Positions 26,256 to 34,251 of a stretch of DNA of 34,251 bases are shown here, piece after piece. The DNA comes from Chthonomonadales bacterium (GTDB taxonomy: Bacteria > Armatimonadota > Chthonomonadetes > Chthonomonadales > Chthonomonadaceae). The DNA lies in the NCBI GenBank assembly GCA_038217285.1, contig JBBQPO010000023.1, forward strand, positions 1 to 34,251, read 5' to 3'. The number at the start of each line of letters is the position of its first letter. Within the stretch, counting starts at the first letter, position 1. The notes below the pieces were generated by a model. It did not search any database. It was not told the DNA's origin and worked only from the letters and a program-made list of their open reading frames with translations. The translations under genes and the position numbers were made by a program.

Positions 26256-27061
26256 TGACAGGTATAGCAACCGAGGCCGCTGCGGCGCTTCCTCCCATCG
26301 AGGAGACGGAGGAGGTCTGGACGGAAGACGACAGTACGGAGACTCTGGCGGCAGACTCGCCGACGGAGAGTCCGAACGTGTCGGAAGAGCGCGCGTCGGT
26401 GGAGGAGGGGGAGCCGGACGAGGCGGCGACTGCGGCGGAAGAGACCGTGCTGGAACCGACGGAGGAGCAGCAGAAGGCGAAGGCTTTCGACGACCTGGCG
26501 GCCTCGTTCAGCCGGGACACAGTCGGCTATATGCGGACGATGCACGCCATGCTGACGCCTGAGCAGAAGGCGGCGCTGGGTCTGCATGATCCCACCCCCG
26601 AGCTGCCCGAAACCCGGACAGGGGCGGGTTGGGCAGACGAGAATCTGACGCCGCCGGAGAAGTTCGTCAAGGACAACGCCGCCTATATCCACGATCTGCC
26701 CCGCTTCGCACAGGGCGTGACGCAGGCAGTCGGCACACACGAGCAGGTGCTCATTCAGCACGACAACACGATCGCGGCGTTGACGGCACAGGTGGAGGCG
26801 CTCTCGACGGCGCTGGGAATGGCGCTGCCGAAGGCGAACCTGCGGGGCATCGATCCGAAGGCGCGGGAGGCGTACACGGCGGAGCTTAAGGCGACGGCTG
26901 TGAAGGCCCGCGCGGCTCGGCATGGTGCGGAGACGGCGGTTCCGAAAACGCCTCGCAATGGCGCGCCGGCCGGGCGCGATCCCGCCGCCGACCTCTCTCC
27001 ACGCGCCAACGAGAGTTTCACACAACTGTTCCGCCGTGTCGCCGCAGCCTCACGCGGCTAA
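26252..27061 (+). CDS. capsid scaffolding protein
   Basis: Acidic disordered N-terminus, coiled coil, C-terminal amphipathic helix (ESFTQLFRRVAAA); lies between portal and capsid; ATGA overlap. Confidence 0.65.
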   Translation: MMTGIATEAAAALPPIEETEEVWTEDDSTETLAADSPTESPNVSEERASVEEGEPDEAATAAEETVLEPTEEQQKAKAFDDLAASFSRDTVGYMRTMHAMLTPEQKAALGLHDPTPELPETRTGAGWADENLTPPEKFVKDNAAYIHDLPRFAQGVTQAVGTHEQVLIQHDNTIAALTAQVEALSTALGMALPKANLRGIDPKAREAYTAELKATAVKARAARHGAETAVPKTPRNGAPAGRDPAADLSPRANESFTQLFRRVAAASRG

Positions 27062-27106
27062 TCGTAGTTTTTTCACCACCCGAGGTGTTTTAAGGAGATC
27101 CTTTCA

Positions 27107-28174
27107 TTGGCACAAAATCCGAACTGGAATGAGCTGGCGACCACCACTTTGAATCTGTGGGTCAGCAAGAACTTCGCGAATGTTTTCACCGGGCACAATC
27201 CCCTGTTCTATCTGCTCCGCAAGAACGGTAATGTGCAGACGGGCGGACTCGGTATCAAGGCGCTGGAGCCGTTGATGTATGCCGACCCGTCCGGGCCGGT
27301 GCTGGAGGGCGTGGTCGATCCCTACGCCGAGATGACGCCGAGCGAGACGGTGGGCTGGACGAATGCGGAGTATGCGTGGTGTGAGAAGCGGCTGTCGGTT
27401 TCGATCCCAGAGCTAATTCTGGACCAGCAGGGCAGCGAGACGCAGAAGATCAATCACCTCAATACGGTGAAGGATATCAGCGTCAAGAAGTTTCTCGAGG
27501 GACTCAACTTCGATCTTTGGCGTGCGGAGGGGGCAGCGGGCGCCAGTGGCAACACGCGGCAGTACCTGGCTTCGATCCTCTGCTACCTGAACCGGGGAGG
27601 GACCAGCACTACGAGCAACGTGACCACTTACATTCTGGGAGAGCAGACCTTCAGTGGGCCGAACGGCGGCGCGGCGGTCGGAACCTCGCCGATTACGAAC
27701 GTGGGCGGCATAGAACGCAATGGCGCGAACGGCGCATTCTGGTGTACACCGGTCTCGAATCCCGGCAGCAACGTCACGATGTCGCTGGCGGCGATGAATG
27801 CGGCTTACAACCTGGCGGTGCGGGACACGGATATGCCGGATCTGATCGTGATGAACCGCAGCGGCTACGGCGACTTCATGGCGATCCTCCAGGGCTTTCA
27901 GCGCTTCACGAAGGGCGGTCTGGCGGATGCCGGGTTCGACTCGATGCAGTTCAGAGGTGCAGATATTGTCATGGACGACCACTGTCCGGCGCACACGGTG
28001 CTGTTTATCAACACGAAGTACCTGAAGCTGCGCTGCGCGTCAATGGCCCCCAAGTTCGAACTGAAGCCCGATCCGCACCGCACTATCACCAACTGGAACG
28101 CCCGCTGGGTCGGTCAGATAACGAGCGGACATTTGGGACGCGTGCACAGCCGTCATGCAAATATTGGGCTGTGA
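27107..28174 (+). CDS. major capsid protein (HK97 fold)
   Basis: TTG start with AAGGAG RBS; ELATTTL, NPL, EPLMY, AEYAW, GGIER, PDLIV, LQ..QRF, A.AGF.S..F.GA..V.D, FINTKYL, W.GQIT motifs of a widespread capsid family. Confidence 0.88.
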   Translation: MAQNPNWNELATTTLNLWVSKNFANVFTGHNPLFYLLRKNGNVQTGGLGIKALEPLMYADPSGPVLEGVVDPYAEMTPSETVGWTNAEYAWCEKRLSVSIPELILDQQGSETQKINHLNTVKDISVKKFLEGLNFDLWRAEGAAGASGNTRQYLASILCYLNRGGTSTTSNVTTYILGEQTFSGPNGGAAVGTSPITNVGGIERNGANGAFWCTPVSNPGSNVTMSLAAMNAAYNLAVRDTDMPDLIVMNRSGYGDFMAILQGFQRFTKGGLADAGFDSMQFRGADIVMDDHCPAHTVLFINTKYLKLRCASMAPKFELKPDPHRTITNWNARWVGQITSGHLGRVHSRHANIGL

Positions 28175-28226
28175 TGTGACGTTTGTATCCTGAAATTCGC
28201 AATCTGAGGCTGTAGGGGGCGACTCT

Positions 28227-28844
28227 ATGACGTTTGCACAACTTCAGGCGAGGGCACAACTTCTGAGTAGTCTGGAAGGGTGGTCCGATGTAAATCCGAG
28301 TCCGACCTGGGATCAGCTTGTCAATCAGGCTTATCTCCAGTTTTCGTGGGACGGCGAGTGCTTGATCACGAATACGACGCTCACGACGGTCAGCGGGCAG
28401 GCCGCTTATACGCTGACCGGGCAGTGGCGGCGGCTGATGGATGTGGTCTACGACAGCGGCAGGGCGAACAGTCCGGTGCGGCACTCCTCGGAGGACTTCG
28501 AGCGGTATCTGCGGGCGGACTGGCGGGCGCAGCCAAACGGAACCCCAGTTCGCTACACCTTCAACCCATTCAACGCCCTGACGCTGGTTCCGGCCCCGGC
28601 AATAGGCGGCGTCACGGTGGCGGTGCGCGGGGTGGCCGAGGCGTCGCCCCTGGTCAGCGGCACGGATGTTCCGGCGGTTCCGGACGTGCTGCACGAGGCC
28701 ATCGCGCTGAAGGCCGCCATCTTTCAGGGCAAGGTCTATGCGCAAGGCGAAGCGTCGCAGCGGCTGGACCGGTACGAGGCGCAGTATCAGCAGTATGTGC
28801 AGGACGCCGTGCGGTACGCGAATGTGGAGACGGCAGGAGACTGA
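28227..28844 (+). CDS. head-tail adaptor protein, paralog 1
   Basis: MTF.QL..R, VNQA, T..GQ..Y.L, GTP..Y, L.PAP, TD.P..P...HEAI...A: typical adaptor pattern; immediately follows the capsid gene. Confidence 0.7.
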   Translation: MTFAQLQARAQLLSSLEGWSDVNPSPTWDQLVNQAYLQFSWDGECLITNTTLTTVSGQAAYTLTGQWRRLMDVVYDSGRANSPVRHSSEDFERYLRADWRAQPNGTPVRYTFNPFNALTLVPAPAIGGVTVAVRGVAEASPLVSGTDVPAVPDVLHEAIALKAAIFQGKVYAQGEASQRLDRYEAQYQQYVQDAVRYANVETAGD

Positions 28845-28874
28845 AATCCTCCGAACACAGGAGGATTTGGGGTG
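28844..28874 (+). repeat. intergenic hairpin motif, copy 1
   Basis: AAATCCTCC-gaacaca-GGAGGATTT-GGGGTG. Confidence 0.55.
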
Positions 28875-28942
28875 AATTGCGCGGGGGAAGAGCGCAATTG
28901 GAGTGCGCGGAGCGCGACCGCTTCACGAAGGAGCGACCTATT

Positions 28943-29641
28943 ATGCAGTTTGCGGACATCTGCCAGCGGGCGGCGTTTCTGGCCAAGCAGGCTGGTTGGG
29001 GCGAGGCTCTGCCCGCTCCCGATTGGCGAGCAATGGTGAATCGTGGTCTGCAGGACTTCAGTTGGGATACGGAGTTCAACGAGGAAGAGGCAACGATCGC
29101 CTCGGTCATCAACCAGGCGACTTATCTGCTGGATAGCAGTGTGCCGCCGCGCCTGTTCAAATCGATCCGCGTGGTGGCGTATGGTACGCAGGCGACGTCG
29201 GCGAGAGACTTGCCGCTCTCGAGCGAGAGCGATGAGTACTCCATCGATCCCATGTGGTGGCAGCGGTCTACCGGGCAGCCGATGCGGTTCCTGCTGCCGG
29301 GCAGCAACCAGATCCGACTGCACCCGGCTCCCGCGACGGCGGGCGACACGGTGACGATCCGGGGCACGCGGGAAGCGCCGCCGATGAGCAGTGACACCGA
29401 TTTTCCGGCGTTTCCGGGGACCTGGCATGAGGCGCTGGCGCTGCGCGCCGCCGTCCTCCATTGCGAGGCGTGGGTGACGGGCGATGATGTGGCCAAGGTC
29501 CATTTCTATCGGGAGCAGTATGCGGGCATGGTTCGGGCATGTGTGCAGTTTTTGTCGGGCAATCGTTATGCGCGTATCCAGCGCAAGGTGCAGCGCCCAT
29601 TGCGGCGGCGCACCTATATCAGGCAGAGCGGTCGGTACTGA
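28943..29641 (+). CDS. head-tail adaptor protein, paralog 2
   Basis: AAGGAG RBS, ATG 28943; collinear with paralog 1 (GW...P.P.W...VN.....FSWD.E; PAPA..G.TV..RG..EA.P..S.TD.PA.P...HEA.AL.AA). Confidence 0.7.
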   Translation: MQFADICQRAAFLAKQAGWGEALPAPDWRAMVNRGLQDFSWDTEFNEEEATIASVINQATYLLDSSVPPRLFKSIRVVAYGTQATSARDLPLSSESDEYSIDPMWWQRSTGQPMRFLLPGSNQIRLHPAPATAGDTVTIRGTREAPPMSSDTDFPAFPGTWHEALALRAAVLHCEAWVTGDDVAKVHFYREQYAGMVRACVQFLSGNRYARIQRKVQRPLRRRTYIRQSGRY

Positions 29642-29701
29642 CGGCGGCCGCAGACGAAGTAGAATGGTCACTTTTTAGGGTGGCCAACGGGGAGAAACAT
29701 C

Positions 29702-30274
29702 TTGGCATCCAGCAATGCGACACTGGCGATTTTTACGCCGAACGAAACGGAAGTCCCGAATGGGGGGCAGGTGGCGCTCGTGAAGCGGGCGCTTGGGATC
29801 GGGCAGCAGGGCATCGCGGCGCTGCAGTTCCAGGGGCAGGACACGGGGCATCAGCAGAGCAGCTACGCTCTGTGGGACGGTGTCCTGCCCCGAGGCGTGA
29901 ACGGCTATACGGGCACGACGGGCATCAAGGCGCTGGTGACGTGGGCCGGGCCGAAACAGAGTCAGGCGGTGGTGTGGGCGGGCGCGTTCCAGTTGGATGG
30001 CGCAACCGATCAGCCTGCTCCGGCGCAGGAGAACTTCCCGGCCTCCGGGGCCGCGAACGAGGTCAGTGCGACCGGCGTGTGCAACGCCGTGACGGCGGCG
30101 GGTATGGTGCAGACTCTGCTGACTATTCCGCTGGCAAAGATCCAGAACGGCCAGGCGACCGCGCCGACGGCAGGGGACCACTTCCGCTTCCGGCTGCGCC
30201 GCGCCGTGGACAACGCGGCGGACACCCTGACCGACTACGCCTACGTCTATGCGGTCGAACTGTACGACTACTGA
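29702..30274 (+). CDS. hypothetical virion structural protein
   Basis: TTG start with GGGAG RBS; 190 aa beta-rich protein inside the head-tail operon. Confidence 0.65.
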   Translation: MASSNATLAIFTPNETEVPNGGQVALVKRALGIGQQGIAALQFQGQDTGHQQSSYALWDGVLPRGVNGYTGTTGIKALVTWAGPKQSQAVVWAGAFQLDGATDQPAPAQENFPASGAANEVSATGVCNAVTAAGMVQTLLTIPLAKIQNGQATAPTAGDHFRFRLRRAVDNAADTLTDYAYVYAVELYDY

Positions 30275-30279
30275 GCAGG

Positions 30280-30311
30280 AAATCGCCGAAATACGCAGGC
30301 GATTTGGGGTG
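30280..30311 (+). repeat. intergenic hairpin motif, copy 2
   Basis: AAATCGCC-gaaatacgca-GGCGATTT-GGGGTG. Confidence 0.55.
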
Positions 30312-30430
30312 CACGCAACGCGACATCTTACGGGCGAAGCAGGGGATGCAACGTCGAAAGGCAGGAGGGGGAGAGAATGAGAAGTCGAGAACCGGCAAGG
30401 AGGAACGCATTGGGAACGGGAGGGGGTGCG

Positions 30431-30679
30431 ATGACGGAGACGGCTGCGGCGGAAGCGGGCCATGAGAGCGAACTGCCGGCGATCTCCTTTCTCGGGGTCG
30501 GCGTGGCGATGGCGGCGATTATGGCGGGACACGGTTATCACGAGCTCGGCGGCTACTGCGCGAGCCGATGCGGGGAGCGGGCCGCAACTCTCTCCGTGCC
30601 GTACCGGGATGGAGGGCACATCCGCTACAGAGTGGAGTTTCCGGAAGTGATGCGCCTCGATGCCGAGAGAGTGGAGTAA
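30431..30679 (+). CDS. small hypothetical protein
   Basis: 82 aa from ATG 30431 (GAGGGGG RBS) or 100 aa from 30377; fills the gap in the operon. Confidence 0.45.
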   Translation: MTETAAAEAGHESELPAISFLGVGVAMAAIMAGHGYHELGGYCASRCGERAATLSVPYRDGGHIRYRVEFPEVMRLDAERVE

Positions 30680-30685
30680 GCGCCG

Positions 30686-31471
30686 GTGAGCTGCGATACC
30701 CCGATAGGCGCGCCGGTGCCGGTGACGGTCAACGCGAACAGCGCGGTCTGGCTCGACACAGGCTTGACGGTGCTCGCAGGCGAATGCCTGCAGATCACGG
30801 CACTCGGCACCACCGTCAAGTTCGGCGTGAACCCGAATCAGTGCGCCTATCCGGAGGGGTGGTATTCGGCGAGCGGCTCTCCGTGCGGGCCGCAGGCCTA
30901 CGATCCGACAGCGGTTGCTATGGCGCACGGGGGCGATGCGACGAACCCGTATGTGACCCTGGAGCAGCCGGATTATTGCTTGGTGGCCAAGATCGCCGGC
31001 GCGCAGCCGAGCGGTACGCACCTTACAGGCACACTCAGGCCGAACCGCTCGACGGTTTTTCCGCCTGGATCTCTCGGTGGAGGCGGGCGCGTTTGGCTAA
31101 TACTCAACGATGGACTCGGAGCGTTCGGTGATAACAGCGGGTCGTGGGCGGTCACTCTCCAGCGGCTGACAACCTATGTCGATCCTCTTCTGGGCACGGG
31201 GGCTGTGATCTCGACGCCGGGATCGGCCTGGTCGCCTATGACCCACGGAGTTTTCGGGGCGCTCCATATCGCCTTTCCCCACGGCTATCAGGTCGGCCTC
31301 GACCTCGTGACCGCTCCTGCGCTGTTCTCCACGCTGTTTCGCTCCGTTCGTGTGCAGGGGCCGTATCGGGCCTATCTTGTCGGAAGCACTTTACATGTCG
31401 TGAACGATGCCGGGGAGTTGGCGAGCGGAACGCCGCTCGACGGCGTAGACATCTTGAGGATAGGAGCTTGA
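30686..31471 (+). CDS. LecA/PA-IL-like beta-sandwich protein, putative virion carbohydrate-binding protein
   Basis: V.AN...W.DTG.TV.AG..L.I.A.G...P.G...LVAKI...L.LND....F.DNSG...V pattern. Confidence 0.6.
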   Translation: MSCDTPIGAPVPVTVNANSAVWLDTGLTVLAGECLQITALGTTVKFGVNPNQCAYPEGWYSASGSPCGPQAYDPTAVAMAHGGDATNPYVTLEQPDYCLVAKIAGAQPSGTHLTGTLRPNRSTVFPPGSLGGGGRVWLILNDGLGAFGDNSGSWAVTLQRLTTYVDPLLGTGAVISTPGSAWSPMTHGVFGALHIAFPHGYQVGLDLVTAPALFSTLFRSVRVQGPYRAYLVGSTLHVVNDAGELASGTPLDGVDILRIGA

Positions 31472-31474
31472 ATC

Positions 31475-31819
31475 GTGGCAGACAGTGGAAATCAGAAAGT
31501 GAGTCATGCGGCGGAGCCTTCGAACCAGATGGCGGCTATCGGGGCCGTGGTCCCGCCCGCGCAGACGGGCTATCCTCCGACCTACACGCCGGTGGCCGCG
31601 CCGGGCACACTCGACAGCCTTTTCAGCGATGGCACGGACCTGCCTGCCTATGCGCTCTACCGGGGCCTCTATATCGGGGCGGCGGGCAGTATCAAGTTCA
31701 ATGACCACGACGGGAATACCGTTGGTCCGATCGCGGCGCCGCAGGGGGTGCTGCCATTTCGTGTGCGGCGTATCTGGGCGACCGGAACGACGGTTACGTC
31801 GGTGCTGGGGCTGCGTTAA
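31475..31819 (+). CDS. head spike base protein, Rcc01079 (RcGTA) family
   Basis: RGLYIGAAGSI....DG.TV....P.GVLPFRVRRIWATGTT.T.V.GL, the characteristic pattern of this family; AGGAG RBS, GTG start. Confidence 0.75.
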   Translation: MADSGNQKVSHAAEPSNQMAAIGAVVPPAQTGYPPTYTPVAAPGTLDSLFSDGTDLPAYALYRGLYIGAAGSIKFNDHDGNTVGPIAAPQGVLPFRVRRIWATGTTVTSVLGLR

Positions 31820-31864
31820 GGCCACCGTCGGAACCCGGATTTACAGGAGGAGAGGAGAAACGAG

Positions 31865-32248
31865 ATGGCAAGTCCGGTGATGACACAGGGGGGGTATGGG
31901 AACCTCGCCAGTGGGGTTTCCATTGCGGTGAGCGGGGTCTCCACGCCGGTGACGGTGGATGCGACTACAAAGTTCGAAGTGCAGCTTCAGGTCGATGTGC
32001 TGACGGGCGGCGCGGCGCAGGCGGCCGGAACCGCCACGGTGAAGGTCTATCGGCTGTTCGGAACGGGGCCGACTTCGGATAACGTGCCGGTCACGCAGAT
32101 GCAGATCGCGCTTGGTGCGGTGACGACGCACTATATCCAGTCCCTCGCGCTTCCGACCGGGAAGTACGCACTGACGCTCACGAACGGCGATTCGGCGAAC
32201 AGCATCTCCTACAGTCTTACCAGTTCCAGCGTTGACTCCATAAGTTAG
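31865..32248 (+). CDS. hypothetical virion structural protein (beta-sandwich)
   Basis: 127 aa, T/S/V/A-rich; strong RBS; operon context. Confidence 0.65.
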   Translation: MASPVMTQGGYGNLASGVSIAVSGVSTPVTVDATTKFEVQLQVDVLTGGAAQAAGTATVKVYRLFGTGPTSDNVPVTQMQIALGAVTTHYIQSLALPTGKYALTLTNGDSANSISYSLTSSSVDSIS

Positions 32249-32257
32249 GGGGCAGAC

Positions 32258-33067
32258 ATGATTCGCATCGGCTCTACACCACGATGGAAACCGGGAATGG
32301 GAGCGCAACTTGACCGCTCCCATCCTGCGGCGCAGGGGCTGCAAGGCTGCTGGCTGTTCAACGAGAGCAGCGGCGCCATGGTCTATGACTTCACGGGGAA
32401 CTCTCATTTCGTCCTGACGGGTGGGGTTGCGCGGGTTGCCACAGCGGATGGGCCCGCCATCAAATTCGATGGTTCTACCGGGCAGGCGTTAGCGCCTGTT
32501 TCGCCGGTCAGCGGCTTGACGCAGTTTACGCTTATTCTGCTGCAAAAGAATCCGACGATCGTTCAAGCGCAACTGTTCGGCGGGAATACGGCCTACAATG
32601 CTTCGCTTTTCGCCTACTACGATTCCTATGCCGGCATCTCGATATTCGCTGGACCGAACAAGCCGATTGAAAAAGCCACGCCATTTCCCAGCGGGGGATA
32701 CAATCATATTGCCGTGTCGATGGCAGGGGTCGGCGTCGGAAATCAGACTCGGTACTACAACAACGGCGCGCTGGCCTTTACCGGCACGGCGGGAGGTACG
32801 GCCTCTATCCCCGTACATTCGGGCTTTTTGTTGGGGCGAGACAATACAGGGGCGTCGGCCAGCAACGCGACGATCTCTGCTCTGAAAATTTACAACCGGA
32901 TATTGTCGCCTGCAGAGATCATGGCGGACTATGCCGCGCCGTGGTCGATGTTTACGCCTGCCAATGCGCGGCGCTTCACCTCTCTCCCTGTGAGCGGCAG
33001 CGGGGGAAGCGGCGTTTCGATCTCGGGTGGGTTGAGTATCGGCGCGGGATTGAATATAGGGGTGTAG
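32258..33067 (+). CDS. LamG-like jellyroll (concanavalin A-like) protein, putative spike/fibre
   Basis: HP...GL.GCW.FNE.SG..V.D..GN, FDG, NHIAV, YNNG, I..L.IYNR.LS.AEI. Confidence 0.8.
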   Translation: MIRIGSTPRWKPGMGAQLDRSHPAAQGLQGCWLFNESSGAMVYDFTGNSHFVLTGGVARVATADGPAIKFDGSTGQALAPVSPVSGLTQFTLILLQKNPTIVQAQLFGGNTAYNASLFAYYDSYAGISIFAGPNKPIEKATPFPSGGYNHIAVSMAGVGVGNQTRYYNNGALAFTGTAGGTASIPVHSGFLLGRDNTGASASNATISALKIYNRILSPAEIMADYAAPWSMFTPANARRFTSLPVSGSGGSGVSISGGLSIGAGLNIGV

Positions 33068-33070
33068 GAG

Positions 33071-33754
33071 ATGGCGAACGGGATTCTGGCTTCGGCGCTG
33101 TTGTCAGGTGGAGACGATCCGGCTTCGGCCGTCGCGGTGGTGTCGCCGCAGGCGGGCCTCTGGGTCAATCTCGACGTGGCGTGGGGAGTGGGCAGCAGCG
33201 ATGCGCCGACAGTGCTCTCGACGATCTTGAGCTGTCCTGGGGCCGTAATCGATGCGGCCTATGGTCCGGCGATCCGGGGGCACGGCGTGGGGCTGAGCAG
33301 ACGGCGCGGACTCGACCTGGGCTGGACGCCGAACGGCAAAGCGGCCTATCTCACGGCTCAGGACGCGGCCCTGGGGATCTGGCGCCTGCAGTTTCCGACT
33401 GCGGGGAGCTATACGGTAAACCTTTCGGGATTGGGAACCATTGCCGTTACGGCGATAGGCGCGGCTCCGGTCGTCACCTCTCCGACCATTATGGTTCTGC
33501 ATGCGGTCCCGCTGAACCGGCAGCCATCGAAGCTGCTGCAACTGACGTTTGCCGGCACCTATCCGCTCGGTGGGCTGGACCTCCTTTCGGATCAGATCGG
33601 GTTGCGGGGTGTGCTATTCGCCGACCTGAACGACGACACGACCTATCGGTACACCTGGAGCGGCAACAAATTGCGGGCCTGGACGGCGAGCGGCGAGGCG
33701 ACCGGGACGGTGAGCCTTACGACGGTCGGCCTCTTTTTGGGAATGGTGGGATAG
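33071..33754 (+). CDS. hypothetical virion protein
   Basis: 227 aa, tightly packed in the operon; C-terminal GTYPLGG...Y.Y......KL.A....GE resembles small phage structural domains. Confidence 0.6.
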   Translation: MANGILASALLSGGDDPASAVAVVSPQAGLWVNLDVAWGVGSSDAPTVLSTILSCPGAVIDAAYGPAIRGHGVGLSRRRGLDLGWTPNGKAAYLTAQDAALGIWRLQFPTAGSYTVNLSGLGTIAVTAIGAAPVVTSPTIMVLHAVPLNRQPSKLLQLTFAGTYPLGGLDLLSDQIGLRGVLFADLNDDTTYRYTWSGNKLRAWTASGEATGTVSLTTVGLFLGMVG

Positions 33755-34144
33755 ATGGCTCTGGAAGAGATACAGTTCGGGGGTCTGGCTGCTCTGGAGG
33801 CGGACGAGAAAGTTGCGGTCGGGCAGGCGCTGGATGCGACCAACTGTTATGTCGATGACAACAGTGTACGAGGTCGGAATGGTTATCGGGCGGCGACCGC
33901 AGCGGCTGTCGGCAGCGGCACGGCGCAGGGCTTGTGGCGTTACCGGCCCAACGGGACGGCGGCGCGGACGGTCGTTGGACGGGGCGGGCATGTCTATGCC
34001 GTTACCGATCCGTTCGGCGAGACGGTTTCGGATGGCGCGGCAACCGACCTCGGTGGGCCGTTCGGTATCTCCTCGAATCTGTCGGCCGCGCAGTTGGGCA
34101 AGTACTTATACACTCACCTTACGCAGGCACTCCGATTTGCTTGA
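33755..34144 (+). pseudogene. N-terminus of a tail nozzle/packaged-DNA stabilisation beta-propeller (P22 gp10/T7 gp12-like), interrupted by an IS
   Basis: FGGL......V...QA..A.N..VD....RGRNGY opening typical of nozzle proteins; after AQLGKYLY (~34111) the frame enters IS sequence and stops. Confidence 0.6.
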
Positions 34145-34251
34145 GTTCCTGCAGTTGCTTAAACGCACTGGCCAACGCACTCTGGTAAATCTTGGCTTTC
34201 ATGGCGTGGTGGTTCATCTTGGTCTGAAGCCGAAGCTTCTCCAACTTCACA
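34112..34251 (-). mobile_element. right end of an IS701-family (ISAba11-like) insertion sequence
   Basis: Minus frame 34250-34119 encodes VKLEKLRLQTKMNHHAMKAKIYQSALASAFKQLQELKQIGVPA*, matching the C-terminus of these transposases; it is followed directly by a short end, GCGTAAGGTGAGT; GC content drops at the junction. Confidence 0.75.

Noticed and set aside
4795-31021. Long antisense ORFs (4795-5538, 8333-9328, 12121-13059, 13614-14573, 22526-24043, 26072-27025, 29675-31021)
   Set aside because: They are shadow ORFs opposite well-supported genes in GC-rich DNA and show no recognisable motifs.
1-34251. Intact temperate prophage
   Set aside because: No integrase, att repeats, repressor, replication or lysis module is recognisable, and host operons interrupt the packaging-head module. 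Not fully excluded, because the locus continues past the window end.

Overview
GC-rich bacterial chromosome segment. The HEAT-repeat and PEP-CTERM gene styles suggest a Terrabacteria lineage such as Armatimonadota (inference only). The dominant feature is a short-tailed (podovirus-like) virion morphogenesis gene set, all on the + strand and split into four blocks: (1) Zn-finger plus two putative ejection proteins at 1.7-4.5 kb; (2) candidate terminase small subunit at 7.9-8.3 kb; (3) terminase large subunit at 9.7-11.1 kb; (4) Zn-ribbon, portal, scaffold, major capsid, two adaptor paralogs, lectin-like proteins, an RcGTA Rcc01079-like head-spike base and a tail nozzle at 24.2-34.1 kb. Ordinary host genes separate the blocks: FkbM methyltransferase, HEAT protein, choice-of-anchor A/PEP-CTERM protein, orphan Hcp, an arsenosugar-type cluster, a serine hydrolase, an MDR dehydrogenase and a VioB-like three-gene operon. 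Blocks 1 and 4 lie 22.5 kb apart yet share a 65-bp sigma70-type promoter element (51/65 identical, ungapped). No integrase, replication or lysis gene is recognisable in the window. This fits a domesticated, dispersed, co-regulated phage-derived particle system (GTA-like), but a decaying prophage cannot be excluded, since the nozzle gene is cut by an IS701-like element at the window end. Several single-base frameshifts may be sequencing errors. All family calls come from recalled motifs, not database searches.
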